This document shows positions 1 to 9,583 of a stretch of 64,000 nt of DNA, in pieces; within the stretch, counting starts at the first letter, position 1, and every line of letters begins with the position of its first letter. The notes beneath the pieces are model-generated. The model was not told where the DNA came from, made no database searches, and worked only from the letters and a program-made list of their open reading frames with translations. This DNA is from a virus. The stretch is from the IMG/VR virus record IMGVR_UViG_3300009082_000002, positions 1-64,000 of that record; one strand, given 5' to 3'. The translations under genes were made by a program, and so were the position numbers.

Positions 1-2
1 CC

Positions 3-1352
3 CCGCCGCAACTCGCCCACCACACACACCGCAAGCTCATTGCCGAGCTTGCGCGCCTGTCTGACCGCCCGCTTGACCTGCTGCTCGAAGCACTGAAGCT
101 CGACGCGAGCGAGCGCGCCGCGGAGCTGTACGATCTCGCTGTCCGCTCCGCGCTCGACGGCAGACCCTTCTCGCGCCGCGACCTGCTACTCGACGGCTGG
201 ACGCGCAGCGAGGTTGAGTGGCATCGGATCAAGCTCTCCGAGTACGGGATCGAGTTGCGTTTCAGACGGGGCACGCGCCGCAACTTCCTGATCGAAGTTC
301 TCGACGCAGGTATCCCGCGCAGGGTGGCTTCGCGCTCGACGGAGCGGCGCGAGCTGGCTGCGCTCTGCAGAAAGAAGCGCAAGCGAAGGCATCCTTTTAG
401 CAACGTGTCAAAGGCGAGTGAAGTTGGCGAAGCCACTACGCAATCCACATGCAACGTGCCAAAGGACGGAAGGCATCCTTTTAATAACATGCCAAAGGCG
501 AGTGAAACCGGCGAAACGACGGAGCTTTCAGTCCGCAACGTGCCAAAGGACGACGGCGACCGCAACGTGCCAAAGGGCCGCAACGTGCCAAAGGCCATTG
601 AACGCCGCAGGCCGCTTGCCGATTCCGCGGACGACGACCTCGCGCGCGCGAGAGCGCGCGTCCCGCGCGGAGTAGATCAAGATCAGGAAGAAGAGGAAAA
701 GGAAGTCACCACCCGCCGTCGCTGCGGCGGCGTCGACGCCGCCGCACAGCAGTCAGTTTTTGGCAACCGCGACGAGCTGGTCCGTCTGCTGAAGCTCGAA
801 TTGCCGCGCGGTACTGACCGCAGCCGGCGGCAAAAGATCGTGAAGGCTCTCGGCGTGCGGTTCAATCGAGTGTACCGCGAGGCGTGGGAGAAGGCATACG
901 GGAAGCGGCCGGCGTCGGACTACTCGCGCGAGTTGCAGGACCTCGCGGTGTGGTGCGCCATCGAGGACGTCAAGCCTGCGGACTTCATCGCAGCAGTGAC
1001 CGCGGAGTACGCCTTCAGCGGTCGGCCGACAACGCCGGTCAACATCCTTTGTTCGCCCAAGGCCCGCGACCGCTACGTGGCCGCGAAGGCCAGGCCCAAG
1101 CCGCGCGCGGCCGCGAAGCACGCCGGCTTCGGTTACGACTACGCCCTCGACGTGCCGGACCTGAAGCGGCGGCTGGTGAAAGCGGGGCTCGACGGCGCGG
1201 AAGATCTTGACGAGAAGACGCTCGGCAGGATCGAGAAGCTCTGCCAGCACTGGCTCCGCGGCCGGCGTCCGGTGATGAGCGAGCGCGTCGAGCCTTTCGT
1301 CCGTTATGCGTACCGGAAGATCTATCGGCCTCGGTCTGGAAGGGAGGACTAG
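3..1352 (+). CDS. Replication initiator protein (lambda O-like), 5'-truncated by the window
   Basis: The frame is open from nt 3, so the ORF-track start at 255 is internal. wHTH-like N-terminal part (FSRRDLLLDGWTRSEVEWHRIKLSEYGIELRF), intragenic direct repeats encoding NVPK, and position directly upstream of DnaC-like loader, helicase and primase. Confidence 0.7.
   Translation, partial: PPQLAHHTHRKLIAELARLSDRPLDLLLEALKLDASERAAELYDLAVRSALDGRPFSRRDLLLDGWTRSEVEWHRIKLSEYGIELRFRRGTRRNFLIEVLDAGIPRRVASRSTERRELAALCRKKRKRRHPFSNVSKASEVGEATTQSTCNVPKDGRHPFNNMPKASETGETTELSVRNVPKDDGDRNVPKGRNVPKAIERRRPLADSADDDLARARARVPRGVDQDQEEEEKEVTTRRRCGGVDAAAQQSVFGNRDELVRLLKLELPRGTDRSRRQKIVKALGVRFNRVYREAWEKAYGKRPASDYSRELQDLAVWCAIEDVKPADFIAAVTAEYAFSGRPTTPVNILCSPKARDRYVAAKARPKPRAAAKHAGFGYDYALDVPDLKRRLVKAGLDGAEDLDEKTLGRIEKLCQHWLRGRRPVMSERVEPFVRYAYRKIYRPRSGRED
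401..594 (+). repeat. Iteron array 1 (putative origin): six copies of CAACGTGCCAAAGG
   Basis: Copies start at 401 (1 mismatch), 452, 485 (2 mismatches), 536, 563 and 581. The first four lie in an 84-bp duplication with ATCCTTTTA blocks. A purine-rich tract follows at about 670-706. Confidence 0.85.
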
Positions 1353-1353
1353 C

Positions 1354-2136
1354 GTGCTCAACTTCGAGCGGATCTCGCAGGAGGCCGAGCGTGTCCGAGA
1401 CGAGATCGACAGCTGCCCCCTCTGCGGTGGTCACGGCAGCACGGCGCCGGACCAGGATGACATCGACCCGGACACGCTGGAGCCGCGGCTTGTCGAGTGC
1501 CAGTGCTATCGACGCGCGGTCCTCCAGGTGAAGCTCATCGACGGCAACGTACCACTGGAGTTCAGGCGTGAGGCGCCTGCCGCATTCAAGGCCTTTTCGG
1601 CTGGGCCTAACGCGAGCATGGCGAAGCTCCTGCGAGAGTACGCCCGGCGGCTCGCTGCCGCTCGCAAGCACGGGCTCGGCCTCTTCCTCTATGGCGAGAA
1701 CGGTGTCGGTAAGACCCTCTGTGCGTCGTGGCTCCTGGGCCGCGCTGCGCGTGCTGGCTTCGAGGTGTTCTACTCCACGGCCGACGAGTGGCTCGAAGCG
1801 CAAAAACGCGCCTTCCGCGACGAGGAGTTTGCAGAGTGGCTTGGGCAGAAGGCCGACGCGGATTTTTTCGTGCTCGACGAGCTGGGCAAAGAACACCGAC
1901 GCGAGGACAGCACCTTCGCGCCTGCGCAGTTCGACCGCCTGCTTCGGTCGCGCGCCTCGGCCCTCATGCCGACCATCGTGATTTCGAACCTGCTGGATAG
2001 CCAGCGAGTCGAGGAAGTGCTCGGCAGTAGCTTGACCTCGATACTGTCTGGGCGACGCTTCAAGTTCGTGGAGTTCGAGCCCGGCGACTTCCGCGGCGCC
2101 GTGAGCTGGGAGGAGCTACTCGATGACGAAAGCTAG
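1354..2136 (+). CDS. dnaC: DnaC/IstB-like AAA+ helicase loader
   Basis: GTG start after GGAGG; CPLC...CQC zinc motif; Walker A GENGVGKT; Walker B FFVLDELG; PTIVISN. Confidence 0.85.
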   Translation: MLNFERISQEAERVRDEIDSCPLCGGHGSTAPDQDDIDPDTLEPRLVECQCYRRAVLQVKLIDGNVPLEFRREAPAAFKAFSAGPNASMAKLLREYARRLAAARKHGLGLFLYGENGVGKTLCASWLLGRAARAGFEVFYSTADEWLEAQKRAFRDEEFAEWLGQKADADFFVLDELGKEHRREDSTFAPAQFDRLLRSRASALMPTIVISNLLDSQRVEEVLGSSLTSILSGRRFKFVEFEPGDFRGAVSWEELLDDES

Positions 2137-3487
2137 CACGCGCTTCGACGCGGACCTGGAGCGCGCGATCCTCTCGCGCTGCCTGGAGAGCTCGCGCTTT
2201 CTCGGCGAGGCATCACGCATCGCTGGCCAGCACGACTTCTCGTCGCGCCCCCTCGGGTGGATCTTCGAGGAGCTATCACGCCACTACAAGCGGCGGCGCG
2301 AGGTGATGTCTGGGCGCACGCTACTTGTTCGGCTCAAGTCGAAGATAAAAGACCCGGAGAAACGCGACGTCTACGTCCGCACGTTGCGCGAGGTGCTGAC
2401 GTCCGAGGGTGTCGACGCGGGCGCAGCGCTCGACCTGTTGCGCGACTTCGTCCGATTCCAGCGGTTGCACGCGACCGCGGGCGAGCTGATCGACAAGCTG
2501 GAGTCCGGTGACCTCGACGCCGCGGAAGCCGCGGTTTCACGCCAGCATCGGCAGCGGGTTGGCGCCGCGGAGTACGAGCGTCTTGACTGGTGGGGTTCCT
2601 TCAAAACACGCATCGACCAGACACGCGTGGAGATCGAGGCCGGCAAGCGGCTGCGCATCCGCACCGGGATCAGGCGGCTCGACCGAATCATTCTCGGCAA
2701 CCATCTCGGCGAGCTGGCGATGCTGCTCGCGACTACCGGCAAGGGCAAGACGATCCTTCTCTTGAATTTCACGGTTGCCGCCGCGCTGCAAGGCTACGGC
2801 GGGATCTTCTTTGCGCTGGAGATGCCGGCGCGTCAGATCTGCCGGCGGCTCGACAGCCGCATCCTCAAGACGCCATATGCCCGGCTCCGTGCGATGGATT
2901 TTACGCCGGACGAGGATGAGGAGCTTGCGTCAATGCACGCGCGTCGGCGCCGTCTCTTCGAGGGGCAGATCGACGTGGTCAGTGTTCCAGTCAATCGGTG
3001 CTCGACGTCGCTGCTCGAAGAGATCATCGAGGAGCGGCGAGCCGAAGGCTTGCCTGTGGACTTTGTCATGTGGGATTCGCTGGACCACGTGAAGGTCGAC
3101 GGCCGCAGGCGGTACGAGTCGAAGCGCGTTGAGTCGACCGACGTCTATTGGTGGGCGAAGGGCTTGGCAATGGGGACGCCGGACATCCCGGGCCACGCGG
3201 CCTGGACCTCATGCCACGCGGGTCGCGAGTGGCGTTATCGTATCGCGACGCCAGAGGCTGCGGCCGAGGCATACGACAAGAGCCGCATAGCCGACACAGT
3301 GGTCAGCATCAACCAGAGCAGGGCCGAGGAGAAGGTCGGTCTGATGACCGCGTATCTGGCCAAGTACCGCGAAGGCCCGAGCTGGATTAAGATCCCGCTT
3401 TCGACCAACTTCGCCCTGATGACTTTCCGCGAATTGCGCGAAGCCGAGCGAGCCGAGCTGGCCAGTGAGGAGGATGACGATGACTGA
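2123..3487 (+). CDS. dnaB: DnaB-like replicative helicase
   Basis: RIRTGIRRLD, Walker A ATTGKGKT, FFALEM, Walker B VMWDSLD, ADTVVSINQ, LAKYREG. Confidence 0.9.
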   Translation: MTKASTRFDADLERAILSRCLESSRFLGEASRIAGQHDFSSRPLGWIFEELSRHYKRRREVMSGRTLLVRLKSKIKDPEKRDVYVRTLREVLTSEGVDAGAALDLLRDFVRFQRLHATAGELIDKLESGDLDAAEAAVSRQHRQRVGAAEYERLDWWGSFKTRIDQTRVEIEAGKRLRIRTGIRRLDRIILGNHLGELAMLLATTGKGKTILLLNFTVAAALQGYGGIFFALEMPARQICRRLDSRILKTPYARLRAMDFTPDEDEELASMHARRRRLFEGQIDVVSVPVNRCSTSLLEEIIEERRAEGLPVDFVMWDSLDHVKVDGRRRYESKRVESTDVYWWAKGLAMGTPDIPGHAAWTSCHAGREWRYRIATPEAAAEAYDKSRIADTVVSINQSRAEEKVGLMTAYLAKYREGPSWIKIPLSTNFALMTFRELREAERAELASEEDDDD

Positions 3488-3908
3488 AGCGCCGAAGAAG
3501 AACGACTGCGTCCACGCGACCGGAGTCGACCGCTGCCTCCTTGACCAGGGTCGGATCTGCGAGTCGCCCGGGTTGTGCAACAACTACCAGGTCCCAAAGA
3601 CGGTACGACCGGAGCCGGTGCCGGATACGTGGTGCGTGCCAAGCTTCACGCCGACGCCGCCCGGCTGCAAGCCGGACTTCCCGGTTCCGTTTGATGAGTA
3701 CCCGCGTTTACCAGTCGGCACCATTATCATTGCTGGCGACATGGTCTTCAAGGTCGCAGCGGTCAAGGAAGGCGGCGGTATGATCGCTTGCCACCTCTGC
3801 GGCATGACCTCGACGTGGGTGAAGCGGATGCGAAAGAGGTACGGCACCAAAGCTCTCCGCGCAGCCGAGATGGCGCGGCGGCGGCGGCAGGAGCGCAACA
3901 AGCCGTGA
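3480..3908 (+). CDS. Hypothetical Cys-rich protein
   Basis: Overlaps the helicase stop and the primase start (coupled). Confidence 0.6.
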   Translation: MTEAPKKNDCVHATGVDRCLLDQGRICESPGLCNNYQVPKTVRPEPVPDTWCVPSFTPTPPGCKPDFPVPFDEYPRLPVGTIIIAGDMVFKVAAVKEGGGMIACHLCGMTSTWVKRMRKRYGTKALRAAEMARRRRQERNKP

Positions 3909-4909
3909 GGTTCGACGTCGCCGAGCACCTCGCGGCACACACCGAGTTCCGTGAGCGAAGTGGACACAGCGGGCCGCAGCTCAACGCTTGCGCCTGCCCC
4001 TACTGCGGCGACGAGGGCTGGCATCTCTACGTTAACGCGAAGTCGGGTCTGTGGAAGTGCTTCAAGTGCGGCGAGGGCGAGAACAGATCCTTTGTCCACC
4101 TCATCGCGAAGTACATGGGCGCATCGCTGTCGGAGGCCTTGGCCGTCCTTCGCGACGCGCCGCCGCTTCGCGCGCCAGCGCACGGCAACCTCGGCAAGCT
4201 CCGCACTGCGCTCGATTCGATGAGCTTTGACACAGGCGGCGACGTGCACCTCATTGACGCGCCGCTGCCCGGTCCGTTTGTGCCGTGCTGGGATGGGATG
4301 CGATGGCGAGTGCACGCTGCGATCAAGCGGCGTCGGTTCAAGCGGGAAACTTTGCGTGAGTTCGGGATCGGCTACTGTCTGATTGGCCTTTACGCGCGCC
4401 GTATCATCATCCCGATCAGGACAGGGCGTGAGCGCGCGTTCCAGGCTCGCGTCTTCAATTCCGAGGTTGCTGGCCCGAAGTATCTTTCGCCCGACGTCAA
4501 CATGAGCCGGCTCCTCTTCGGCGAGCCCTGGCTCCTGTCTGGGACCGAGGAGGTAGTGGTCGTCGAGGGCGCCTTCGATGCGATGCGGCTCCACGAGTAC
4601 GGGCTTCGCGCGGTCGCCCTCTTCGGGAAATCCGTCAGCGACAGGCAAGCCAGCATCATCGCGGACCGCGCGCGCGCTGCCGTGGTCATGCTTGACGCGG
4701 ATGACCCGACCGCGGAGCGTGCAGCCTGGGACTGTGCTGCGCGGCTGGCTTCCTTGATGGGCCGCGTCCGCGTCGCCCGCCCGCCTGCTGGGAAGGACCC
4801 GGACACGAGCACTCGCGAGGACGTGGCGGTTGCGCTGCGCGAAGCCCTCGCGAGCGCGGAGCCCTGGCGGGCTGCGCGGCGGCGACTGGGCGGGCTTCGA
4901 TCCTACTAG
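3905..4909 (+). CDS. dnaG: DNA primase (zinc finger + TOPRIM)
   Basis: CPYCGD...H...WKCFKC zinc finger; PKYLSP; VVVEGAFDAM; VMLDAD; KDPD. GTG start at 3905 overlaps the upstream stop. Confidence 0.92.
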   Translation: MRFDVAEHLAAHTEFRERSGHSGPQLNACACPYCGDEGWHLYVNAKSGLWKCFKCGEGENRSFVHLIAKYMGASLSEALAVLRDAPPLRAPAHGNLGKLRTALDSMSFDTGGDVHLIDAPLPGPFVPCWDGMRWRVHAAIKRRRFKRETLREFGIGYCLIGLYARRIIIPIRTGRERAFQARVFNSEVAGPKYLSPDVNMSRLLFGEPWLLSGTEEVVVVEGAFDAMRLHEYGLRAVALFGKSVSDRQASIIADRARAAVVMLDADDPTAERAAWDCAARLASLMGRVRVARPPAGKDPDTSTREDVAVALREALASAEPWRAARRRLGGLRSY

Positions 4910-4939
4910 CCCGGCTGCACCGATCCTTGCGCGAGGAAT

Positions 4940-5040
4940 TAAAGTTTTTGGAAGATATTTGAATCATTAGTGAATTTAAGTGCATTTTTTCCTTGCATCC
5001 TCGGCCTGACCTGATAGGTTGGAATTGCAAGCGGGAGGTG
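4940..5040 (+). promoter_or_regulatory. AT-rich putative sigma70-type promoter
   Basis: TTGCAT (4993-4998), 16 nt, TAGGTT (5015-5020), with an AT-rich upstream region. GCAAGCGGGAG (5027-5037) is shared with the promoter cassettes at 51.8 and 53.2 kb. Confidence 0.55.
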
Positions 5041-5044
5041 CAAG

Positions 5045-6274
5045 GTGGCCGCAAAGGAAACTGACAAGATGGGGCGCAAGCGGGTCGAGTGCCTGCTCTG
5101 CGGCGAGTTCTTCCACGCACTGGCGCCGCACTTGGGGCGCAAGCACTCGATGAGCGTGGAGCAGTATCTCGGATGGTGTGCGGAGCAAGGGGTCAAGGAG
5201 CCGATGACGATCTCGGCCTTCGCCAGCTCCAAGATCGACGCCACGCGGAAGGCGCGCAAGCGGGCGCGGCCGAATACCGAGACCGAGGCCAGCGCGCCAG
5301 GCACCGCGGCTGCCGCACCGGTCGAGGACAAGTCTGTCGAGGTGCTCGACTTCGGCGGGTTTGAGATCGGAGTCCGCAGCCTGAAGGCGATCCCGGAGCG
5401 GGCGCGCGCTCACATCCCGGCCCACGACGAGAAGTGGGAGCCCGACGCTGAGCTCCTCGCTCGACTCGCCGAGGCGGTGGAGTTCGATGACGTCGCGATG
5501 CTGGTAGGTCCGACCGGCGCTGGCAAGACCTCGTTGGTCGCGGAGCTGGCAGCCATGCTCAATATGCCGATGGTCCGTATCCAGTGCGACGGCTCCACGA
5601 GCTACGGCAAGCTCTTCGGCAAGGAAAAGGTCGGGCGCGACCCGGCGACTGGTGAAAAGGGGATGTACTTCAAGCGCGGTATCATCCCGACCGCGGGTGT
5701 GACCGGGGCCTTCATCGTGATCGACGAGGCCGACGCGCTCAACCCCGACGTTCGCATCTCGCTCCACGAGTGCCTGGAGAAGGACGCCCTCGGCCGGCGG
5801 AAGTGTACGCTCGAAGTCGGCGACGACATTGCCGAGGTGGTCTGGTTCCACCCGGCCACGCGGTTCTTCCTCACTGGCAATAACCTCGGCTCGGATTCCG
5901 ATGGTCTCTACGGCGGCACGGATGGCGCGCCTAACCTCGCCTTCCTCGACCGTTGCGTTCGCATCCCGATCACCTACCCGGACCGCGCGGCCATCACCGA
6001 GATCTGCCAGTCGAAGTCCGGGCTGGACCGCCCAAGCTGCAAGCGCATCGCGGACGCGGTCCACGAAATCCTGGCAATGCACACGCAGTCGGGCCTGCCG
6101 TGGGTACTCTCGGTCCGCACGGCAATCCGGCTGGCGGTGCGGATGCGGGTATACCAGGAGCGCGGACTGGAGCGTGCGGTCGCAATCGAGCACGGCATCC
6201 TGGACCAGATTCCGGTTGCAGAGCTGCGCGAGGACGTCAAGGGCATCCTCCAGCGCGTGGGCCTCACGGCGTAG
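5045..6274 (+). CDS. CobS/MoxR-like AAA+ ATPase with N-terminal C2H2 (Ros/MucR-like) zinc finger
   Basis: CLLCGEFFHALAPHLGRKHSMSVEQY; Walker A GPTGAGKT; Walker B IVIDEAD; HPATRFFLTGN; NLAFLDR. Confidence 0.88.
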   Translation: MAAKETDKMGRKRVECLLCGEFFHALAPHLGRKHSMSVEQYLGWCAEQGVKEPMTISAFASSKIDATRKARKRARPNTETEASAPGTAAAAPVEDKSVEVLDFGGFEIGVRSLKAIPERARAHIPAHDEKWEPDAELLARLAEAVEFDDVAMLVGPTGAGKTSLVAELAAMLNMPMVRIQCDGSTSYGKLFGKEKVGRDPATGEKGMYFKRGIIPTAGVTGAFIVIDEADALNPDVRISLHECLEKDALGRRKCTLEVGDDIAEVVWFHPATRFFLTGNNLGSDSDGLYGGTDGAPNLAFLDRCVRIPITYPDRAAITEICQSKSGLDRPSCKRIADAVHEILAMHTQSGLPWVLSVRTAIRLAVRMRVYQERGLERAVAIEHGILDQIPVAELREDVKGILQRVGLTA

Positions 6275-6287
6275 GGAGGAGCAAGCA

Positions 6288-8576
6288 ATGCGCACCGAGA
6301 AGACGACGGGCATGAAGACGATTCGCGGGATCGAGGCCAGCACTGGCGGCTACTTCGAGACCCTGGCAAAGACGCTGACCCGCTCGACCGGGATGAGAAT
6401 CATCCCGACGGTGGGCGAGTGTTGTACGGACTGCAAGACCTTCCTCAAGCTCCCCATTCTGGCGGAGTACCTGCCGGAGAGCGCGCGGCAGATCCTCGAC
6501 GGTCTGCTCGACCACGAGAGCGCCCACGTCCGCTGCTGCAAGCTGGACGAGCAGGACGGCCGTGCTCCGCTCTGGAAAGCGTGGACCGAGATCGTGGCTA
6601 GCGGCAAGGCTGACCGGCACTGGCAGGGGATGGTGAACGCCCTCATGGATGCGCGCGACGAGGAGCGGATGCTCCGGCTCTACCCGGGCGCGGCCGAGAA
6701 CTTCAAGGCTGCCATTGCGGATGCGACCGAGAAGCGGGTCAAGCAGGGCGAGTCGGCTTCGGCCGCGATGCTGTACCACGACATTGGCTGCGTAGTCTAC
6801 GCCCGCCTTCGCGGCTTCGACTCCCGCGCATGGGGCACGGCGGCCAACCGGATTATCGACACGGTCCTGTCTGCCGAGATGGCGACCGCCGCTCGGATGG
6901 TCGCTGGCTTCGAGTCGCCCGTGGACTTCATCCGTCTGGCTCGCGAGATTCTGGACCGGCTGGAGGAAGCGAGCGAGGAGCAGAAGTCCGAGCCGCAAGG
7001 CGACCCGGGCGATGGCGATGGCGATGGCGCGGATGGCGATGGCGAGAGCGGAGAAGATGCGGACCAGGAGCAGGAGCAGGGTGACGAGGGCGATGGCACT
7101 GGCGACGACGGCCAGGGCGACGAAGACCAGGACGAGAGCGAAGACCAGGACGAGAGCGAAGACCAGGGCGAAGACCAGGGCGAAGACCAGGGCGACCAGA
7201 GCGAGAGCGAAGACCAGAGCGAGAGCGAGAGCGAGAGCGAGGACGAAGACCAGGGCGAGAGCGAAGACCAGGGCGAGGGCGAGAGCGAAGACCAGGGCGA
7301 GAGCAAAGACCAGGGCGAGAGCAAAGACCAGAGCGAGAGCAAAGACCAGGGCGAGAGCAAAGACCAGAGCGAGAGCGAGAGCGAGAGCGAAGACCAGGGC
7401 GAGAGCGAAGACCAGGGCGAGAGCGAAGACCAGGGCGAGAGCGAAGACCAGGGCGAGAGCGAGAGCGAAGACCAGGGCGACGATGAGGACCAGGAAGCTG
7501 CCGGCCAGCTGCTGTTGGAGAGCGAGGACCGCGACGCGCTGCGTGACGCGCTGGACGAGGACCCGGGTACGGAGGATCTGGTCAAGCAGGATGCGCGCGA
7601 GGAGCTGAAGCGGGAGGCGGGCGAGCTGGACCCCGCCGCGCACGACATCCACATCCCGGACCCCGCGGCCAAGGCGCGCGACCAGGTCATCGACCCGCTG
7701 GACAGAATGCTGCTGCTGCGCGACCGAGAGGTCGCGCTCAACCGCTTCAACGACCAGCGGGCCGAAGGGCGCCAGGCCACGGCACAGCTCCGCGCTCGTC
7801 TGCTGCGCGCGCTCAAGGCGCGCCAGGCACCGCGCTTGCGGACCGAGATGGAAGACGGTCCCTTGCCGGACGAGGGCTCGCTTTATAAGTTGTTCGGCCA
7901 CGGCGACGACGACCGCGTTTTCCGCGGGTTCCAGAAGGGCATTGAAATCAGTACGGCGGTCAGCATTCTCGTTGACCAGAGTGGTTCGATGGCGAGTGGC
8001 AATCGGATTGACGTCGCGCGGGCCGCGGTCATCGCGCTGGCCGAGACGCTCAACGCGCTTCGCATCCCGTTCGAGATCATCGGCTGGGATACGACCCTCG
8101 AAGTCGGGCCGTTTATGAGCGGGTCCGGATTCAATCGTCCCTATCCCCAGCGGTATCGGATTTTCAAGGCCTTCGCGCAGAGCTACGACAAGGCGACAAA
8201 GATCCGTATCGGTTCGATGGAGGCGTATGAAGAGAACTGCGACTCCGAGGCCGTGGCCTTTGCCGCGGACCGGCTGGCGCAGCGGACCGAAAAGCGGAAG
8301 GTTTTGCTTGTGCTTTCCGATGGCTCGCCGTCCTGCCCTGACGTGGAGTCCAGCGTGGACGGCAAGAACATCCGCAAGGTCGTCAACTGTTGCTTCGACC
8401 GTGGGATCGAGGTAGTGGGCGTGGGCATTCTTACGGCCGCACCCGCTCACTTTTATCCGGTGTTCATCGCGGTCATGGAGTTGAAAGATCTCGCTCCGAA
8501 GCTGGTGAAGATCCTCGATGCCCTGCTCCGCAAGGGGAAGCGGCTTCTCAAGGTCGGCACCGGCAAGGTCGCGTGA
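6288..8576 (+). CDS. CobT-like vWA (MIDAS) protein with N-terminal HExxH domain and long acidic linker
   Basis: ATG at 6288 after GGAGGAG; HESAH motif; ILVDQSGSM MIDAS; VLSDGSP; IEVVGVGI; adjacent to the AAA+ gene. Confidence 0.87.
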   Translation: MRTEKTTGMKTIRGIEASTGGYFETLAKTLTRSTGMRIIPTVGECCTDCKTFLKLPILAEYLPESARQILDGLLDHESAHVRCCKLDEQDGRAPLWKAWTEIVASGKADRHWQGMVNALMDARDEERMLRLYPGAAENFKAAIADATEKRVKQGESASAAMLYHDIGCVVYARLRGFDSRAWGTAANRIIDTVLSAEMATAARMVAGFESPVDFIRLAREILDRLEEASEEQKSEPQGDPGDGDGDGADGDGESGEDADQEQEQGDEGDGTGDDGQGDEDQDESEDQDESEDQGEDQGEDQGDQSESEDQSESESESEDEDQGESEDQGEGESEDQGESKDQGESKDQSESKDQGESKDQSESESESEDQGESEDQGESEDQGESEDQGESESEDQGDDEDQEAAGQLLLESEDRDALRDALDEDPGTEDLVKQDAREELKREAGELDPAAHDIHIPDPAAKARDQVIDPLDRMLLLRDREVALNRFNDQRAEGRQATAQLRARLLRALKARQAPRLRTEMEDGPLPDEGSLYKLFGHGDDDRVFRGFQKGIEISTAVSILVDQSGSMASGNRIDVARAAVIALAETLNALRIPFEIIGWDTTLEVGPFMSGSGFNRPYPQRYRIFKAFAQSYDKATKIRIGSMEAYEENCDSEAVAFAADRLAQRTEKRKVLLVLSDGSPSCPDVESSVDGKNIRKVVNCCFDRGIEVVGVGILTAAPAHFYPVFIAVMELKDLAPKLVKILDALLRKGKRLLKVGTGKVA
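7101..7483 (+). repeat. Low-complexity tandem repeat (about 18-bp GAAGACCAGGGCGAGAGC units, encoding EDQGES)
   Basis: Directly visible; this 383-nt stretch contains no T. Confidence 0.95.
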
Positions 8577-8591
8577 GGAGAGGAGGACGCG

Positions 8592-9221
8592 ATGCCAACG
8601 CTCGAAGAGATCCGCAGCCGCTTCGCGAAGTCGACAGCGACCGCCCGTCGTGAGGCCGAGCAGAAGACCAACGAGGAGCGGAAGGCCGCAGAGGCGGCAG
8701 AGCAAGCGCGCCTCGTTGAAGAGGCGCGCGAGCTAGCCGAGCGGTTTCGCGCAGAGCAGGAGGAGACCAAAGCCGAGATTCTCGAACGGAAGAGGGCCGA
8801 GCTTGCGCGGATGGCCGAGATGGAACGCGAGGAGGCCACGCGCAGAACGGCCGAAGCAGCTCGCCTTGCCGAAGAGCGTGACAGGGCTGCGGCGCGTGGA
8901 GCGAAGCCTCACGCCGTGGTGCTGCGTTCCGACGAGCATGCGTGCGAGGTCCGTCATCTGGAGTACCGCGGCGGCAGCTCGCGCAAGTTCTGGATGGCCG
9001 GCGTCGTCGGGTGTCGGCTGGTCCGTCGCTGGGGCCGGATCGGCACCACAGGCCAGGGCCAGTGGCAGGAATTTTCTAGCGAGGCGATGGCGCGGAGCGA
9101 GCTTGAGGATCTCTTTCGCCGGAAGCTGGCCAAGGGCTACGCCGTCGCGGATAAGAGTCTGACGCTGGTGGTTCGTTTTTACGTGGACGGGACGGTCGGC
9201 TGGCGGAAACTCCCGGACTGA
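8592..9221 (+). CDS. WGR-domain protein with coiled coil and N-terminal MPTL tag
   Basis: SSRKFW...RRWGRIGTTGQ...KLAKGY matches the WGR pattern; starts MPTLEEIRSRF. Confidence 0.85.
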   Translation: MPTLEEIRSRFAKSTATARREAEQKTNEERKAAEAAEQARLVEEARELAERFRAEQEETKAEILERKRAELARMAEMEREEATRRTAEAARLAEERDRAAARGAKPHAVVLRSDEHACEVRHLEYRGGSSRKFWMAGVVGCRLVRRWGRIGTTGQGQWQEFSSEAMARSELEDLFRRKLAKGYAVADKSLTLVVRFYVDGTVGWRKLPD

Positions 9222-9250
9222 CGCCGGGCAGAAGGATCGAGGAGGGTGTC

Positions 9251-9583
9251 ATGGGTGTGCAGTATACCAAGTGTCCGAAATGTGGCCATGCCGTCGTGCT
9301 GCCGGTCAAGATGCGGCGCGAGCTGGCACGGCGGATCGAGGGCGTGCCGGGATTGTGGATGCCGACCGACTACAACGGTCTCTCGCGCGGAGACGAGTTC
9401 CTGATCCTGCTCAACAACCTGGGCCGCGTCGGCCAGCGGTTCCTCCGCGGGTTCATCTTGCGGAAGTACCAGGGCATCGCGTACACCGTCGTCGGTACTC
9501 GGCGCGGCGGTCGCGGCTTCGTGGACAAGGCGACAGTTGCCAACGCGGCGGCGATCTTCTGCCGAGTGAGGGACGAAGAATGA
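9251..9583 (+). CDS. Hypothetical protein with N-terminal CxxC
   Basis: GGAGG RBS; KCPKCGH; coupled to the next gene. Confidence 0.65.
   Translation: MGVQYTKCPKCGHAVVLPVKMRRELARRIEGVPGLWMPTDYNGLSRGDEFLILLNNLGRVGQRFLRGFILRKYQGIAYTVVGTRRGGRGFVDKATVANAAAIFCRVRDEE

Noticed and set aside
401-594. Iteron arrays (here and at 40202-40335) as CRISPR arrays
   Set aside because: The repeats are only 14 bp, spacing is irregular (16-52 bp), the spacers are themselves duplicated, and no cas genes are present.
5045-8576. Cobalamin biosynthesis (cobST) as an auxiliary metabolic function
   Set aside because: There is no cobN or other cob gene, and the added zinc finger and HExxH domains suggest a different role.
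6264-8705. Long minus-strand ORFs (813 aa, 339 aa) and alternative + frame ORFs over the vWA gene
   Set aside because: Shadow ORFs caused by high GC and the T-free repeat, which cannot contain stop codons on either strand.
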